DNA of 64,000 bases from Nitrosopumilaceae archaeon (GTDB lineage: Archaea > Thermoproteota > Nitrososphaeria > Nitrososphaerales > Nitrosopumilaceae), in contig OZ242376.1 in assembly GCA_965209085.1 (NCBI GenBank), positions 224,001 to 288,000 of the forward strand, written 5' to 3'. The translations under genes and the position numbers were made by a program. The notes beneath the pieces were generated by a model, which searched no databases, was not told the DNA's origin, and saw only the letters and a list, made by a program, of their open reading frames with translations. Shown piece by piece: positions 18,336 to 29,080 of this stretch; within the stretch, counting starts at the first letter, position 1; every line of letters starts with the position of its first letter.

Positions 18336-20117
18336 TTGAAAATACGTCAGCCAATCGTAGTGGTGCTCGGTCATGTGGATTCGGGAAAAACATCGCTTTT
18401 AGATAAAATCAGGGGAACAGGAGTACAGGAGCGCGAAGCTGGCGGCATTACGCAGCATATAGGGGCAAGTTTTCTTCCCGAAGAGATAATCCGTAAACGG
18501 TGCGGTTCAATGTACGATCGCCTCTCCAATTCTGCCATAAACATTCCAGGCGTGCTAGTAGTTGATACGCCAGGACACGAAGTCTTTGCAAATCTTCGGG
18601 CACGCGGCGGTTCCGCAGCTGACATTGCAATACTTGTAGTTGACGTAAACCGGGGATTTCAGCCGCAGACCAACGAGAGTCTGCAGATACTGAAAAACCG
18701 CAAGGTTCCGTTTGTACTAGCACTAAACAAGGTGGATCAGATCTCCGGATGGCGTGCCTCAAACAAACCGCAGATAGAGCAGGCGATAAAAGATCAGGAT
18801 GAATCAATACAGGCGGATTTGGATCAAAAAATCTACGACGTGGTGGGAACCCTCTCGGTTTTGGGATATCCCTCAGAAGCGTTTTACCGAGTAAAGGATT
18901 TTGCAAAAGAAGTCTCCATAGTTCCGATAAGCGCTAGAACCGGAGTTGGAATATCTGAGCTGCTAACAGTCATGGTCGGACTCACGCAGCATTATCTTGC
19001 CGAGAGGTTGGAGCAGGATCAAAAACCCGCCCGTGGAATAGTGCTGGAGGTAAACGATGAGATTGGTGTTGGACCTTCTGCCAATATCATACTCATAGAC
19101 GGCACGCTCTCCAAAAGCGACACCATACTTGTAGCAAAACGCGATCAGGTGATCGTGACAAAACCAAAGGCAATCCTTCTTCCAAAACCGCTAGATGAGA
19201 TGCGCGACCCGCGCGATAAATTCCGCCCGGTGGATATGGTGGAGGCAGCAGCCGGAATCAGACTTGCCTCATCGGATCTTGCCGGCGTGCTCCCAGGAAG
19301 CACAGTATACGTGGCAAAAAATTCATCCGAGATTGAAAAATTTACCGCCGAGATAAAAGCCGAGATGAAATCCGTCTTTTTGGATACCTCAACTGACGGC
19401 GTTTTGATAAAATGCGACACCATCGGATCACTGGAGGCGATAATCTTGATGTTGCGGCAAAAAGACATTCCCATCGCACGTGCCGACATCGGCCCGATAA
19501 ACCGGCGTGATGTAATGGAGGCACGCGCCGTAAAGGACAACGACAGGCATCTTGGGGCGATACTTGCCTTTAACGTCAAAGTGCTGCCGGATGCGCAAGA
19601 AGAGGCGGAGATCTCACACGTGAGAATATTTTCTGACGGCATCATATACCGTCTGATTGAAAGCTATGATCAGTGGGTTATGGACGATACGGCGCACGAA
19701 GAGGATGCGATATTTGCAGAGATGACTCCGATTGCAAAATTTACTTTTCTCAAAGGATACGTATTCCACAACAGCGATCCTGCCGTCTTTGGCATACGCG
19801 TGGATGCTGGAGTATTGAGGCAAAAAATCCCGTTTATGAACGAGAAGGGGCGTAAAATAGGGCAGATACACCAGCTGCAGGATAAAAGAGTGACAATTCG
19901 GACGGTGAAAAAAGGCCAGGAAGCGGCATGTTCTGTAAAAGGAATTACCGTGGGAAGACAGATTGCTGAAGATGATGTATTTTATACGCTGCCTCACTCG
20001 CACGAGGCCAAAAGACTGCTCAGAGATCTCTCGCACAAACTCTCATCAGAAGAGTTTGAAATCCTAAACCACATAGTGGAAGTTCAGCGCAAGCTGGACG
20101 CAGCATACGCCTATTAG
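18336..20117 (+). CDS. infB: Translation initiation factor aIF5B/IF-2
   Basis: GHVDSGKT, GGITQHIGA, DTPGHE and NKVD motifs. Confidence 0.95.
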   Translation: MKIRQPIVVVLGHVDSGKTSLLDKIRGTGVQEREAGGITQHIGASFLPEEIIRKRCGSMYDRLSNSAINIPGVLVVDTPGHEVFANLRARGGSAADIAILVVDVNRGFQPQTNESLQILKNRKVPFVLALNKVDQISGWRASNKPQIEQAIKDQDESIQADLDQKIYDVVGTLSVLGYPSEAFYRVKDFAKEVSIVPISARTGVGISELLTVMVGLTQHYLAERLEQDQKPARGIVLEVNDEIGVGPSANIILIDGTLSKSDTILVAKRDQVIVTKPKAILLPKPLDEMRDPRDKFRPVDMVEAAAGIRLASSDLAGVLPGSTVYVAKNSSEIEKFTAEIKAEMKSVFLDTSTDGVLIKCDTIGSLEAIILMLRQKDIPIARADIGPINRRDVMEARAVKDNDRHLGAILAFNVKVLPDAQEEAEISHVRIFSDGIIYRLIESYDQWVMDDTAHEEDAIFAEMTPIAKFTFLKGYVFHNSDPAVFGIRVDAGVLRQKIPFMNEKGRKIGQIHQLQDKRVTIRTVKKGQEAACSVKGITVGRQIAEDDVFYTLPHSHEAKRLLRDLSHKLSSEEFEILNHIVEVQRKLDAAYAY

Positions 20118-20428
20118 CGTCTCTGCAATTCTTTTGGTGCGTGCAAGTTTACAATCCGCCTCAGATCAAAGAGGCCTACTGTGCCGGTAATTCTGTCAGC
20201 TTCGCTGCCATCTTTAAAGATGATAAAAGTGGGTATTGATGCGACATTGTATCTTGCCGCTATCTGCTGCGCTTTATCCACGTCGAGGCGTGCAAATTTT
20301 GCACGTGTCATCTCGCGCGCGGCCGCCTCAAATGTCGGATGCATTGTTTTGCACGGACCACACCATTTTGCCCAAAAATCCACAAGGACAAGCGGATTTG
20401 CAGATATGAACGCATCAAAGTCTGCATT

Positions 20429-21783
20429 AGGCCTTATGCATAATCAATCACTGAGACATACGGTTCCGACTATGACGCTGTCATGATCAAAGTACACATG
20501 GCCTAAAACCTTCAAGCAGACAACAAAATAAATCAAAATATCATATGCATGACAAAAAGCAGAATATTATGCGTGACCGTATGCACAAAGATGTGCTACT
20601 TGATTTGAGGGCAAACTTTTTCCAACGGTTCGATATACTTGCGATCCTTTAACATGATGTGCAGATTGGTCAGTCCTGTAACCACTTGGATTTCTGTATA
20701 AAACGCATCCATTGTGTCATCATATATGGCACTCATTCTGCGGAACCATTTGAGCCGGTTTATGGCATGCTCTACTTTTATGCGCTTACGACTGATCCTC
20801 TTGCTATATTCGCGTTCTGTCTCTGTCAATCCCCTACCCTTTGGTTTTTTGTATGGCTGCTTTGAGATAATGCCCCGATAGTCTTTTTCCACGGACAGAT
20901 ATCCCTTGTCAGTATATAGCATAATTTGGCGCTCTTTTTTTGTATCAGAGTTTTTCATGCCATCGGTCCATTTGCCAAAATTTGGCGGATTACGCCGCAG
21001 TACCTCCATGTCATGTACTGAGCCATCTTCAGGTCCGCCAATGTCAAGTACCAACCCGTCTTTGTTTGAGGTTATCTGTACGTTGTAGACGTGCCTCTTG
21101 CGCTTTCCAGAGTATACTACCTCTTGGTTTTCCTGCGGTCTTTGAACCTGTACAAACGTGGCATCAAGATACAGCTCGCCGCCGCCTCTGCCGGGTACGA
21201 ATTTTTTAAACAACTCGCTTGTACGTATTGTCCGTATTGCAGCACCAATATTCTTAGCCGTTGGAAGAATATTCATCAACAATTCATCAGAAAAGGTCAG
21301 ATATCTGCTGATGGTGCTCTGATCAACGCCTGCAATGGCCGCAAGCAATTCCTGTTTAGGATTGTTGCGTTTGCGGCACAGTGTGACAAACAAAATTTGA
21401 GATGCAGTGAGAATACAGGTGTTTCCAGGATCGTCGACATAATCTGAAAAGCGGGGGACCTTGGGCGAATATTCGATAACTTTTTCAAACCGTTCCTGAA
21501 TCCATTCAAACTCTTCACGGTTCATTCCAGTCGTCCCGTACAAATAATTGTCATCATCAATTATGTGGTTCAAATATTCGTAGGCAGATTGTTGCTTTTC
21601 GACCTCATTATCATGTATCGTTTTTTTGTAGTGTTGAATTTCTGCTTCAAGCTTGGAGATCATCTCTGTTTGCTGGGCGATTATACGCTTGTCTGGGGCA
21701 CACATGCTGTACGAATGTGATACTAGATCATAGATCTTTCGATTTGTCAAAATTGATTTTTTGGTTAATTATGCATAAGGTCT
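20429..21783 (-). mobile_element. IS5-family (ISL2/DDE_Tnp_4-like) insertion sequence, copy 1, 1355 bp
   Basis: TIRs AGGCCTTATGCATAAT and ATTATGCATAAGGTCT; 3-bp target site duplication (TSD) ATT at 20426-28 and 21784-86. Confidence 0.9.
20596..21750 (-). CDS. IS5-family transposase (HTH_Tnp_4 + DDE_Tnp_4-like)
   Basis: DQSTISRY HTH, LDAT, YSGKRKRH, HD, DKGY and RIKVEHAI motifs. Confidence 0.88.
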   Translation of the reverse strand: MTNRKIYDLVSHSYSMCAPDKRIIAQQTEMISKLEAEIQHYKKTIHDNEVEKQQSAYEYLNHIIDDDNYLYGTTGMNREEFEWIQERFEKVIEYSPKVPRFSDYVDDPGNTCILTASQILFVTLCRKRNNPKQELLAAIAGVDQSTISRYLTFSDELLMNILPTAKNIGAAIRTIRTSELFKKFVPGRGGGELYLDATFVQVQRPQENQEVVYSGKRKRHVYNVQITSNKDGLVLDIGGPEDGSVHDMEVLRRNPPNFGKWTDGMKNSDTKKERQIMLYTDKGYLSVEKDYRGIISKQPYKKPKGRGLTETEREYSKRISRKRIKVEHAINRLKWFRRMSAIYDDTMDAFYTEIQVVTGLTNLHIMLKDRKYIEPLEKVCPQIK

Positions 21784-21915
21784 ATTGTCAAGTTCGGCAA
21801 TGACCGGCTCTAAAGCTCTCTGCTGTCTGCGGAGCATTTCCTGCATTTGTTTTTGTTTTATCGCTTCGAGCTCATCATCCATGCGGGAAAAAATCCCGGA
21901 TGTATATTTAATTCC

Positions 21916-22335
21916 TCACAGGTCGAGCAAAAACCGCATGCTAGCGCCTTTGGAATTTTCTTCTATTTGCATCTCGTGAAACGTGGGCGCCTTTATCTCC
22001 ACTTTGAATCCGTGCTTTTTTAGATCAATGGGCTCCCCGTGTACAATGCCGTGAATTGAATACTTTTCCCTGTCCAACCTGTACACCTCTATGCGGGATA
22101 TTGCAAAACCCTCGGTTATCATTTTGTATATAATCTCCTCTAGCCACGAATACAGCATGTGCCTCATGTCAGAACCGGACGCCTCTACTGTCATTGATCT
22201 TATCTGGCATACGCTTGGGACGTTGACTGTGGTATCCGCTACAGCCATCCCTGCCTGCACAAACGCCTCTTCCAAATTTGGAGCATCCACCTGTACTATC
22301 ATATCGGTTGCATGATCCAGATATTTGTAGCTCAC
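21916..22335 (-). CDS. Archease
   Basis: YLDHATD, EIKAPTFH and C-terminal LDL. Confidence 0.92.
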   Translation of the reverse strand: MSYKYLDHATDMIVQVDAPNLEEAFVQAGMAVADTTVNVPSVCQIRSMTVEASGSDMRHMLYSWLEEIIYKMITEGFAISRIEVYRLDREKYSIHGIVHGEPIDLKKHGFKVEIKAPTFHEMQIEENSKGASMRFLLDL

Positions 22336-22403
22336 TAATACTGCAATATGTGATCCGTATTAAAAACCGTAAAATCTTAAATCGTCATACGGGCACGTAC
22401 AGT

Positions 22404-23687
22404 ATGGAACTGCCGCGCGGAATGAGGGATTTGGAGCCAGCAGAGCTGCATAAAATTCACATCATTCGGGAAAAATTCGAAGAGACTGCCTCCATATTCG
22501 GCTTTGAGATGGTGGATCCATCCCCGATAGAATCACTCTCCACTTTGGAGGCAAAAAGCGGGCCGGAGATACGAAAAGAGATTTACAATTTCAGGGATAA
22601 AGCGGATCGTGAAATTGCATTGCGGTTTGATTTTACCGTCGGCATGACCCGCTATGTCGCATCAAAACAGTTTGCGCGCATGCCTGCAAAATTTGGATCG
22701 TTTGGCGGAGTATGGCGGTATAATGAGCCGCAAAAAGGAAGGTATAGGTATTTTCACCAGTGGAACGTGGAGATATTTGGAACACCTTCAGTTGAATCCG
22801 AATCCGAGGTAATCGAGTTTGCATCTATATTGTTTGAAAAACTCGGCATAGGTGATTCCCTAATATGCATAAACCACAGGGAGCTTGTAGAGTCGTTTAT
22901 AAAAAAAACATATCCGGGATTTGAAAACGACAGGGATTGGACCATAATAGGGGATTCTTTCCGCATGATTGACAAAGCTGCAAAAAAACCCCGCAAAGAT
23001 CTGCTTGCCGAATATTCAAAACTGCCAGAACAATATGCTGAGGCTTTGCTGGATTTTGCAGCAGCTCATGGCACCCCGGATAAAATAGAGTCATCTGTAA
23101 ACGTAAAAGATTTGGAAAAGTGGGATCACATCAAAAACCTGTGGGATTCGCTTGAAAATCGCACAGTTGCCAATAAAGAGATCAATCTTGGAGTTGTAAG
23201 GGGGCTTGATTATTACTCTGGAACAGTCTTTGAGATCTTTGATTCTGCAGGCCATGACGCACTTGCCGGCGGGGGCCGATATGACCGTCTCACAAAGGCG
23301 TTTGGCCGCAAAGATATGGGAGCCACTGGAATGGCAGGCGGTGTGGAGCGCATGATTATGGCAATGGACGCGCACGGCACGGACTGGAAAAACAATACCC
23401 GGTACGTCTCTGTAACGTACATGAATCCTGATCTTGAAAAAGCTGCAATGCATGCTGCATCACAAATCCGGCGGGCCGGAATCCGGGCTGATGTTGATCT
23501 TGCAGGCCGCGCGTTTAAAAAACAGCTCAAAGCCTGCTCTGATTCAACATATGCTGTAATCATAGCTCCTGCGGAATTTGAAAAAGGCCAGATAATAATA
23601 AAAGATATGCATACTGGGAATCAAAATACCGTGCCAAAAGATGACTTTGTAAATAATTTAAAAAATCTCATGCAAAAGCCCGAGTGA
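22404..23687 (+). CDS. hisS: Histidyl-tRNA synthetase
   Basis: PRGMRD, LRFDFT, EPQKGRYRYF, RGLDYY and GGGRYD motifs. Confidence 0.95.
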   Translation: MELPRGMRDLEPAELHKIHIIREKFEETASIFGFEMVDPSPIESLSTLEAKSGPEIRKEIYNFRDKADREIALRFDFTVGMTRYVASKQFARMPAKFGSFGGVWRYNEPQKGRYRYFHQWNVEIFGTPSVESESEVIEFASILFEKLGIGDSLICINHRELVESFIKKTYPGFENDRDWTIIGDSFRMIDKAAKKPRKDLLAEYSKLPEQYAEALLDFAAAHGTPDKIESSVNVKDLEKWDHIKNLWDSLENRTVANKEINLGVVRGLDYYSGTVFEIFDSAGHDALAGGGRYDRLTKAFGRKDMGATGMAGGVERMIMAMDAHGTDWKNNTRYVSVTYMNPDLEKAAMHAASQIRRAGIRADVDLAGRAFKKQLKACSDSTYAVIIAPAEFEKGQIIIKDMHTGNQNTVPKDDFVNNLKNLMQKPE

Positions 23688-24330
23688 GTGTCATTATCTC
23701 CGGACCCGTTGTAAAACTCCCAGTTACAATTGATTTTGAATTTGCCAAAATTCCCGACGATACAAACGGCACTCCGCCGTTTATTGTCGAGTGCTCTATG
23801 TTGATTTTTAAAATATCAGATAATTCCTTGAGATCATCCTCGTTTGATTCGGGATGAACTATTCCGCCCTGCGAGGTTACAGCTAGTACGGTTCCCGTCT
23901 GATGATAGCCTGCAATTTTTTTATGGATTATTTCAACGCCCATGACATCAGAAACTATCTGCGCATCTTCTTTTGTAATCAGCGGCGAGAGTGCGGCACC
24001 CTTGTCGTTTACGGATATCATGTTTCCAAGTGCCGTATACTTTGTATCAAGCACCCCTACGTTTAACCCTGATGTTTTTTTGAAAAATTCTATCTCCTCA
24101 TATGATGAAATGTTTGGCAGCAGCATTCCCTTGTTGTTCATTACCATCATGGTTCCAATGAGCCTGGTATTTGCCACCGCAACATACTGGGCCGTAACCC
24201 CGAGATATTTCTCAATGTTCTCTGACTTTGTTTTTGCAAAACCTCTGGGCAAAAATACGTACTCGTTGTTTGCCTGAGCGTATACGCCAACATTGGGCCC
24301 CCCGTACAGATCGTACTTGAATATGTCCAT
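23668..24330 (-). CDS. eif6: Translation initiation factor aIF6
   Basis: PNVGVY, ALGNMISVND, TINGG and TTGPE motifs. Confidence 0.92.
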   Translation of the reverse strand: MDIFKYDLYGGPNVGVYAQANNEYVFLPRGFAKTKSENIEKYLGVTAQYVAVANTRLIGTMMVMNNKGMLLPNISSYEEIEFFKKTSGLNVGVLDTKYTALGNMISVNDKGAALSPLITKEDAQIVSDVMGVEIIHKKIAGYHQTGTVLAVTSQGGIVHPESNEDDLKELSDILKINIEHSTINGGVPFVSSGILANSKSIVTGSFTTGPEIMTLTRAFA

Positions 24331-24452
24331 GTATGTGGGGTGGAATTTAAAAAATATGAACGTAGACTAAAAAAAACGCCGTTATATGCTGTAAATAAAA
24401 CAAGTTACGCCTAATTATATCTAGATTTAAATAATAATGCCTAATTGTCTAA

Positions 24453-24992
<540 letters not shown>

Positions 24993-25003
24993 GAATAGCC
25001 CCG

Positions 25004-25020
25004 ATTTTTTTACATTTTTT
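25004..25020 (+). terminator. Oligo-T archaeal terminator after the ferredoxin gene
   Basis: Two T-runs start 12 nt after the stop codon. Confidence 0.45.
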
Positions 25021-25083
25021 ACTCTTCCCATGTTAATTCGCACACCACCAACAAATTTTAAGCACTTTGCACGCCGTATCACT

Positions 25084-25170
25084 GCAGAGGTCGCCTAGCC
25101 TGGTAGGGCGCGGGCCTTGAGAGCCTGTGTGAGCAATCACACGAGGGTTCGAATCCCTCTCTCTGCGCCA
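25084..25170 (+). tRNA. tRNA-Ser(TGA)
   Basis: GCAGAGG...TCTCTGCG-CCA with anticodon arm CGGGC-CTTGAGA-GCCTG and a long variable arm. Confidence 0.95.
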
Positions 25171-25234
25171 TTTTAAACACGTTATCTAATATTTAATCAA
25201 AGGACATAATAATATCAAAGACAGTAATGTATCC

Positions 25235-26737
25235 ATGACAAATATTACATTTCATGGCGGAGTAAAGGACATCGGGGGAAACAAATTTCTGGTGGAAGAT
25301 AAGGGAACCAAAATTTTCATGGATTTTGGAATGAGTTTTAGCGCAGAAAAGAAATATTTTTCAGGATTTCTCAAAGCACGTGGTTCAAACAGCCTGGTGG
25401 ACATGATTGAACTTGGAATCCTGCCCAAAATCAAAGGACTGTACAGGAGGGATTTTGCAAAACACATGAACTGGGGAGGGGACGAGGATACTGAAATTGA
25501 CGCCATTTTGCTGACGCACGCGCACGTGGATCATTGCGGATACCTGGAATACATTAGGCCTGAAATACCAATCTATTGCTCAGAAGAATCCAAAATTATA
25601 ATGCAAAATTTTGACGATACCGGGGTTGGATCACAGTACATAACCCTAAAGGAAAAATTTCAATTTCATAAAAGCGAAAAAGGCACAACAAAGGATCAAA
25701 TGGTAAAGGATTACGGAGATAGTGTAAAAATACCTAGAAAAATCATAGTTTTTAAAAAATATGAAAAATTCAAAATAAATTCAATCGAAGTGGAACCGCT
25801 GCCGGTGGATCATTCAATATCAGGCGTGTATGGATTCATACTGTACACTTCGGAGGGAACGATTGTAAATACGGCCGATTTGAGATTTCACGGACGCAGA
25901 AAAGAAGACACTGAAAAATTTGTAGAAAAATGCGGCAATGCATCCCCGGATCTGCTCTTATGCGAGGGAACAAGAATAGAGAAAACATCATCAATAACAG
26001 AATATGATATTGAAAACAAGCTTGTAGATGTCATAAACGAGACAAAAAAACTCGTCATATGCGGATATCCAATTAGAGATTTGGACCGACTGCAGTCGAT
26101 TTACCTGGCAGCCAAACGGGCAAACCGGTACCTTGCCATTGAGCCAAGACAGGCGTATTTGCTGAAATTATTCAACGAATCTGACAATCTAAAAGGCATT
26201 TACCCAAGTCCGGATGATGAACACATCAAGATATACTTTCCAAAAGAAACATGGGGATTAATTGACAAGGACATCAACGTATACACTAGAAAACTTTTGG
26301 ATGCTGATTACAGGCCTTGGGCAAGGGAATTTCTTGATTATGGTAATAGAATAGATCATCGTGACGTATCCAAAAATCAGAATGAAATTGTAATATCTCT
26401 GAGTGATTTTAAACTCCAAGAGCTGATTGACATAAAACCTGACGAGAATTCATGTTATGTTCGATCGCTTACCGAACCGTTTGATGATGAAATGCAATTG
26501 CAGCAGGAAAAAATCAAAAATTGGTTTGAAAAATTTGGACTGATTTCAAACGAGAAAAACTGGCATCAAATACACGTTTCAGGCCACGGTGACGGAACCC
26601 AGATTAAAAAAATCATAGACGGAGCATTTGCAAAAAAAATAATCCCGATACATACGGATCCAAAAAACGAAGTATATCATCAAAAATGGCACAACAACGT
26701 CCAGCCGGTAAACACGCACGATACTGTACAGCTCTAA
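25235..26737 (+). CDS. Metallo-beta-lactamase/beta-CASP (RNase J-like) hydrolase
   Basis: GGVKDIGGN, DFG, THAHVDHCG, VDHS, DLRFHG, CEGT, HVSGH and IPIHT motifs. Confidence 0.85.
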   Translation: MTNITFHGGVKDIGGNKFLVEDKGTKIFMDFGMSFSAEKKYFSGFLKARGSNSLVDMIELGILPKIKGLYRRDFAKHMNWGGDEDTEIDAILLTHAHVDHCGYLEYIRPEIPIYCSEESKIIMQNFDDTGVGSQYITLKEKFQFHKSEKGTTKDQMVKDYGDSVKIPRKIIVFKKYEKFKINSIEVEPLPVDHSISGVYGFILYTSEGTIVNTADLRFHGRRKEDTEKFVEKCGNASPDLLLCEGTRIEKTSSITEYDIENKLVDVINETKKLVICGYPIRDLDRLQSIYLAAKRANRYLAIEPRQAYLLKLFNESDNLKGIYPSPDDEHIKIYFPKETWGLIDKDINVYTRKLLDADYRPWAREFLDYGNRIDHRDVSKNQNEIVISLSDFKLQELIDIKPDENSCYVRSLTEPFDDEMQLQQEKIKNWFEKFGLISNEKNWHQIHVSGHGDGTQIKKIIDGAFAKKIIPIHTDPKNEVYHQKWHNNVQPVNTHDTVQL

Positions 26738-26769
26738 TAACATGCATGATGTATGATAAATTTATTTTA

Positions 26770-27309
26770 TTATTTGGCAAGATCCAGCAATCTTAAAAGC
26801 TCTACTCCTCGCGGTGCCATATTTGGATTAATTTTCCAATTGTAATCTTTTGCTTTTTCTATTATCATATCCAATGTGACGCCATCATCATCTTCTGCTG
26901 CATGATATATTTTTGCAGCGTATGATAATTCATTTATGTCGATCTTTTCGTCACAATATTCTTTACATATCTTGACAATTTTTTCTATTTTGTTGTATTC
27001 ATTTTTGTGTTTTTTAAGAATTCCATTATCAATAATTTCAATTCCATCATCTGTCAATTCATATTCATACGTAAAATAATTTCCTTCCTGCCTGATTGTT
27101 TCTTTTACAAAATCATACGCCACCAAATCCCTGAATGCCTCTCCAACATCCAAATTGTACGGTCCGTAATAATGGGAAGTAAAACTGGGCGGTTTTAACT
27201 CCTTGATCGATTTACAAGATAAATAAACAAGATTTTGTATGGTAGTTCTGCCGCGTATTTTCCCCCCATTTGCTTTTATTATCAATATTGCCATGTCCCT
27301 ATAATTCAT
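26770..27309 (-). CDS. YwgA/SocA-like winged-helix protein
   Basis: GRTTIQNLVYL, YYGPY and YELTDDG motifs. Confidence 0.65.
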   Translation of the reverse strand: MNYRDMAILIIKANGGKIRGRTTIQNLVYLSCKSIKELKPPSFTSHYYGPYNLDVGEAFRDLVAYDFVKETIRQEGNYFTYEYELTDDGIEIIDNGILKKHKNEYNKIEKIVKICKEYCDEKIDINELSYAAKIYHAAEDDDGVTLDMIIEKAKDYNWKINPNMAPRGVELLRLLDLAK

Positions 27310-27388
27310 GATTTATTGACATCATATTATACCATAAAGTTTGTTTTGTGCACATCATTCACATACAACGACGCACCGTCAATACAAG

Positions 27389-28351
27389 TTATTTTTTTGC
27401 ATTCTTGCCAAGCTCTGCAAGCATTGCTGAGAGCTGTATCTCCGGATTTGCCCCGGCAAGTATGCGATAGTCGTATTTTGCCAAAGTCTCCAAAACATTT
27501 CCATATTCATCAGCAGCTATGTCTGATTTGAATACTGATGATGCGGCATATTTTAAAAAGTCTGAAACTGATACGCCGTAAACTTTGATAATCTCGATCA
27601 TCTTTTCCCGCGCTTCTGCAGTCTTTCCTGCAAGCGCGGATTTTATCACAACATCAACATCGGACACTTTGGAGAGTCCTGCAGCTTTATTCACATTCTC
27701 AACGGTAATTTTGCCCATGCTTGAAACTGCCTGCATTATGTTTATCGCATGCCGCATGTCCCCTCCCGCATGCTCGTATAATTTCTCCAATCCTGCCTTG
27801 TCGGATTTTACTTTTTCACCCTTTGCTATGTACTCTAATCTTGCAATTGAATCATTTTTGGGAACGGCGGTAAATTTGAAAACAGCACATCTGCTCTGGA
27901 TTGGATCTATAATCTTGGAGATATTGTTTGCAATTATGATAAATCTGCAGTATCTGGCAGTATCCTCAATGATTCTTCGCAGGGCAGTCTGCGCCCCAGA
28001 GGTCATCTCGTCGGCCTCGTCAAGTATGATGATCTTGAACGGAATTTCCGTGTAAAGTCCGGCAAACCTTGAGAATTTTTTCACCCTCTCTCTGACCATG
28101 TCAATACCCCTCTCATCTGATGCGTTCAACTCTAGGGTGCTATCCTTCCATCCTGCGCCTAAAACCTGTTTTGCAATGCACAAGCTGGCCGTGGTCTTGC
28201 CCAAACCTGCGGAACCTGAAAACATCAGATGGGGCATCTGGTTGGGCTTTTTAAGCAGAGCCTCCAAGCTTCCAATTACGTCCTTTTGACCCACGATATC
28301 GGCCAGTTTCTCTGGGCGGTATTTCTCAACCCACATTTCTCCTCCAAGCAT
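27389..28351 (-). CDS. rfcS: Replication factor C small subunit
   Basis: WVEKYRP, GLGKTT, ELNASDERG, LDEAD and QSRC motifs. Confidence 0.95.
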   Translation of the reverse strand: MLGGEMWVEKYRPEKLADIVGQKDVIGSLEALLKKPNQMPHLMFSGSAGLGKTTASLCIAKQVLGAGWKDSTLELNASDERGIDMVRERVKKFSRFAGLYTEIPFKIIILDEADEMTSGAQTALRRIIEDTARYCRFIIIANNISKIIDPIQSRCAVFKFTAVPKNDSIARLEYIAKGEKVKSDKAGLEKLYEHAGGDMRHAINIMQAVSSMGKITVENVNKAAGLSKVSDVDVVIKSALAGKTAEAREKMIEIIKVYGVSVSDFLKYAASSVFKSDIAADEYGNVLETLAKYDYRILAGANPEIQLSAMLAELGKNAKK

Positions 28352-28473
28352 ATGTGTGCGTATTCTTGTCCCTAAATATATCACATTAGATCGCTAGATC
28401 AAATGATCAACGCATTTTGTTAGATTATTTCATAGATCCGTTGTATAAGGATCCTCGCTGATCCGATCGATCC

Positions 28474-28992
28474 ATGCCTACCATTGGAGATGTACAGCAA
28501 ATCTATGCCGCCGGTTTTAATCTAGAGGACGTAAAGATTACCCTCGAGCACGACCTAAAGATAGATGTTGGAGGAATTAAAATTGATGCTAGAGTGGGGG
28601 AAATAATTGACATACCGCGCTGGGCCGCTATAATTTTGGAAAATGAAAAACACTGCACCCTACAGGAGACAAATATGATAGCAGAGCTAACACAGGCGCT
28701 TGGAAAAGAAAAAGGGTTAGACGAATACGAACTTGCAACGTTAGAGGATGGATTTTACATTAAACTAAACGCGTACATTGAAAGACTCGAAAAGGACGAA
28801 CAAAAAGAGGCAAAAGATATGCTAAATACACTCTTCCGCAGAAGACATGTAAAACTGATCCGTCTAGCAGGCTCTTCCCCGCTTACGGCCGATCTTTCAA
28901 AACGCATGACAGTAGAGGAAAAATTATACCATGATAAAATTCACTTTGAGAGCAAAAACTTTACCGGTCGTATAATGGACGATCAAAAATGA
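28474..28992 (+). CDS. GINS-family protein
   Basis: IPRWAA motif; lies directly upstream of mcm, as is typical for archaeal gins23. Confidence 0.7.
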   Translation: MPTIGDVQQIYAAGFNLEDVKITLEHDLKIDVGGIKIDARVGEIIDIPRWAAIILENEKHCTLQETNMIAELTQALGKEKGLDEYELATLEDGFYIKLNAYIERLEKDEQKEAKDMLNTLFRRRHVKLIRLAGSSPLTADLSKRMTVEEKLYHDKIHFESKNFTGRIMDDQK

Positions 28993-29080
28993 CTGCAATA
29001 CATTACAGGTTATTTCACAATAACCCGCACGTTATATCCGACATGGTGCTAGATTCTCATCTAATGGAGTTTACAGTATA

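Larger units (their letters stand above)
20114..21882 (-). pseudogene. Second thioredoxin gene, split by an IS5-family insertion
   Basis: The 5' part (21882-21784, MDDELEAIKQ...AELDN) and the 3' part (20425-20114, ADFDAFISANPLVLVDFWAKWCGPC...) join in frame once the IS and one copy of the 3-bp duplication are removed. Confidence 0.88.
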
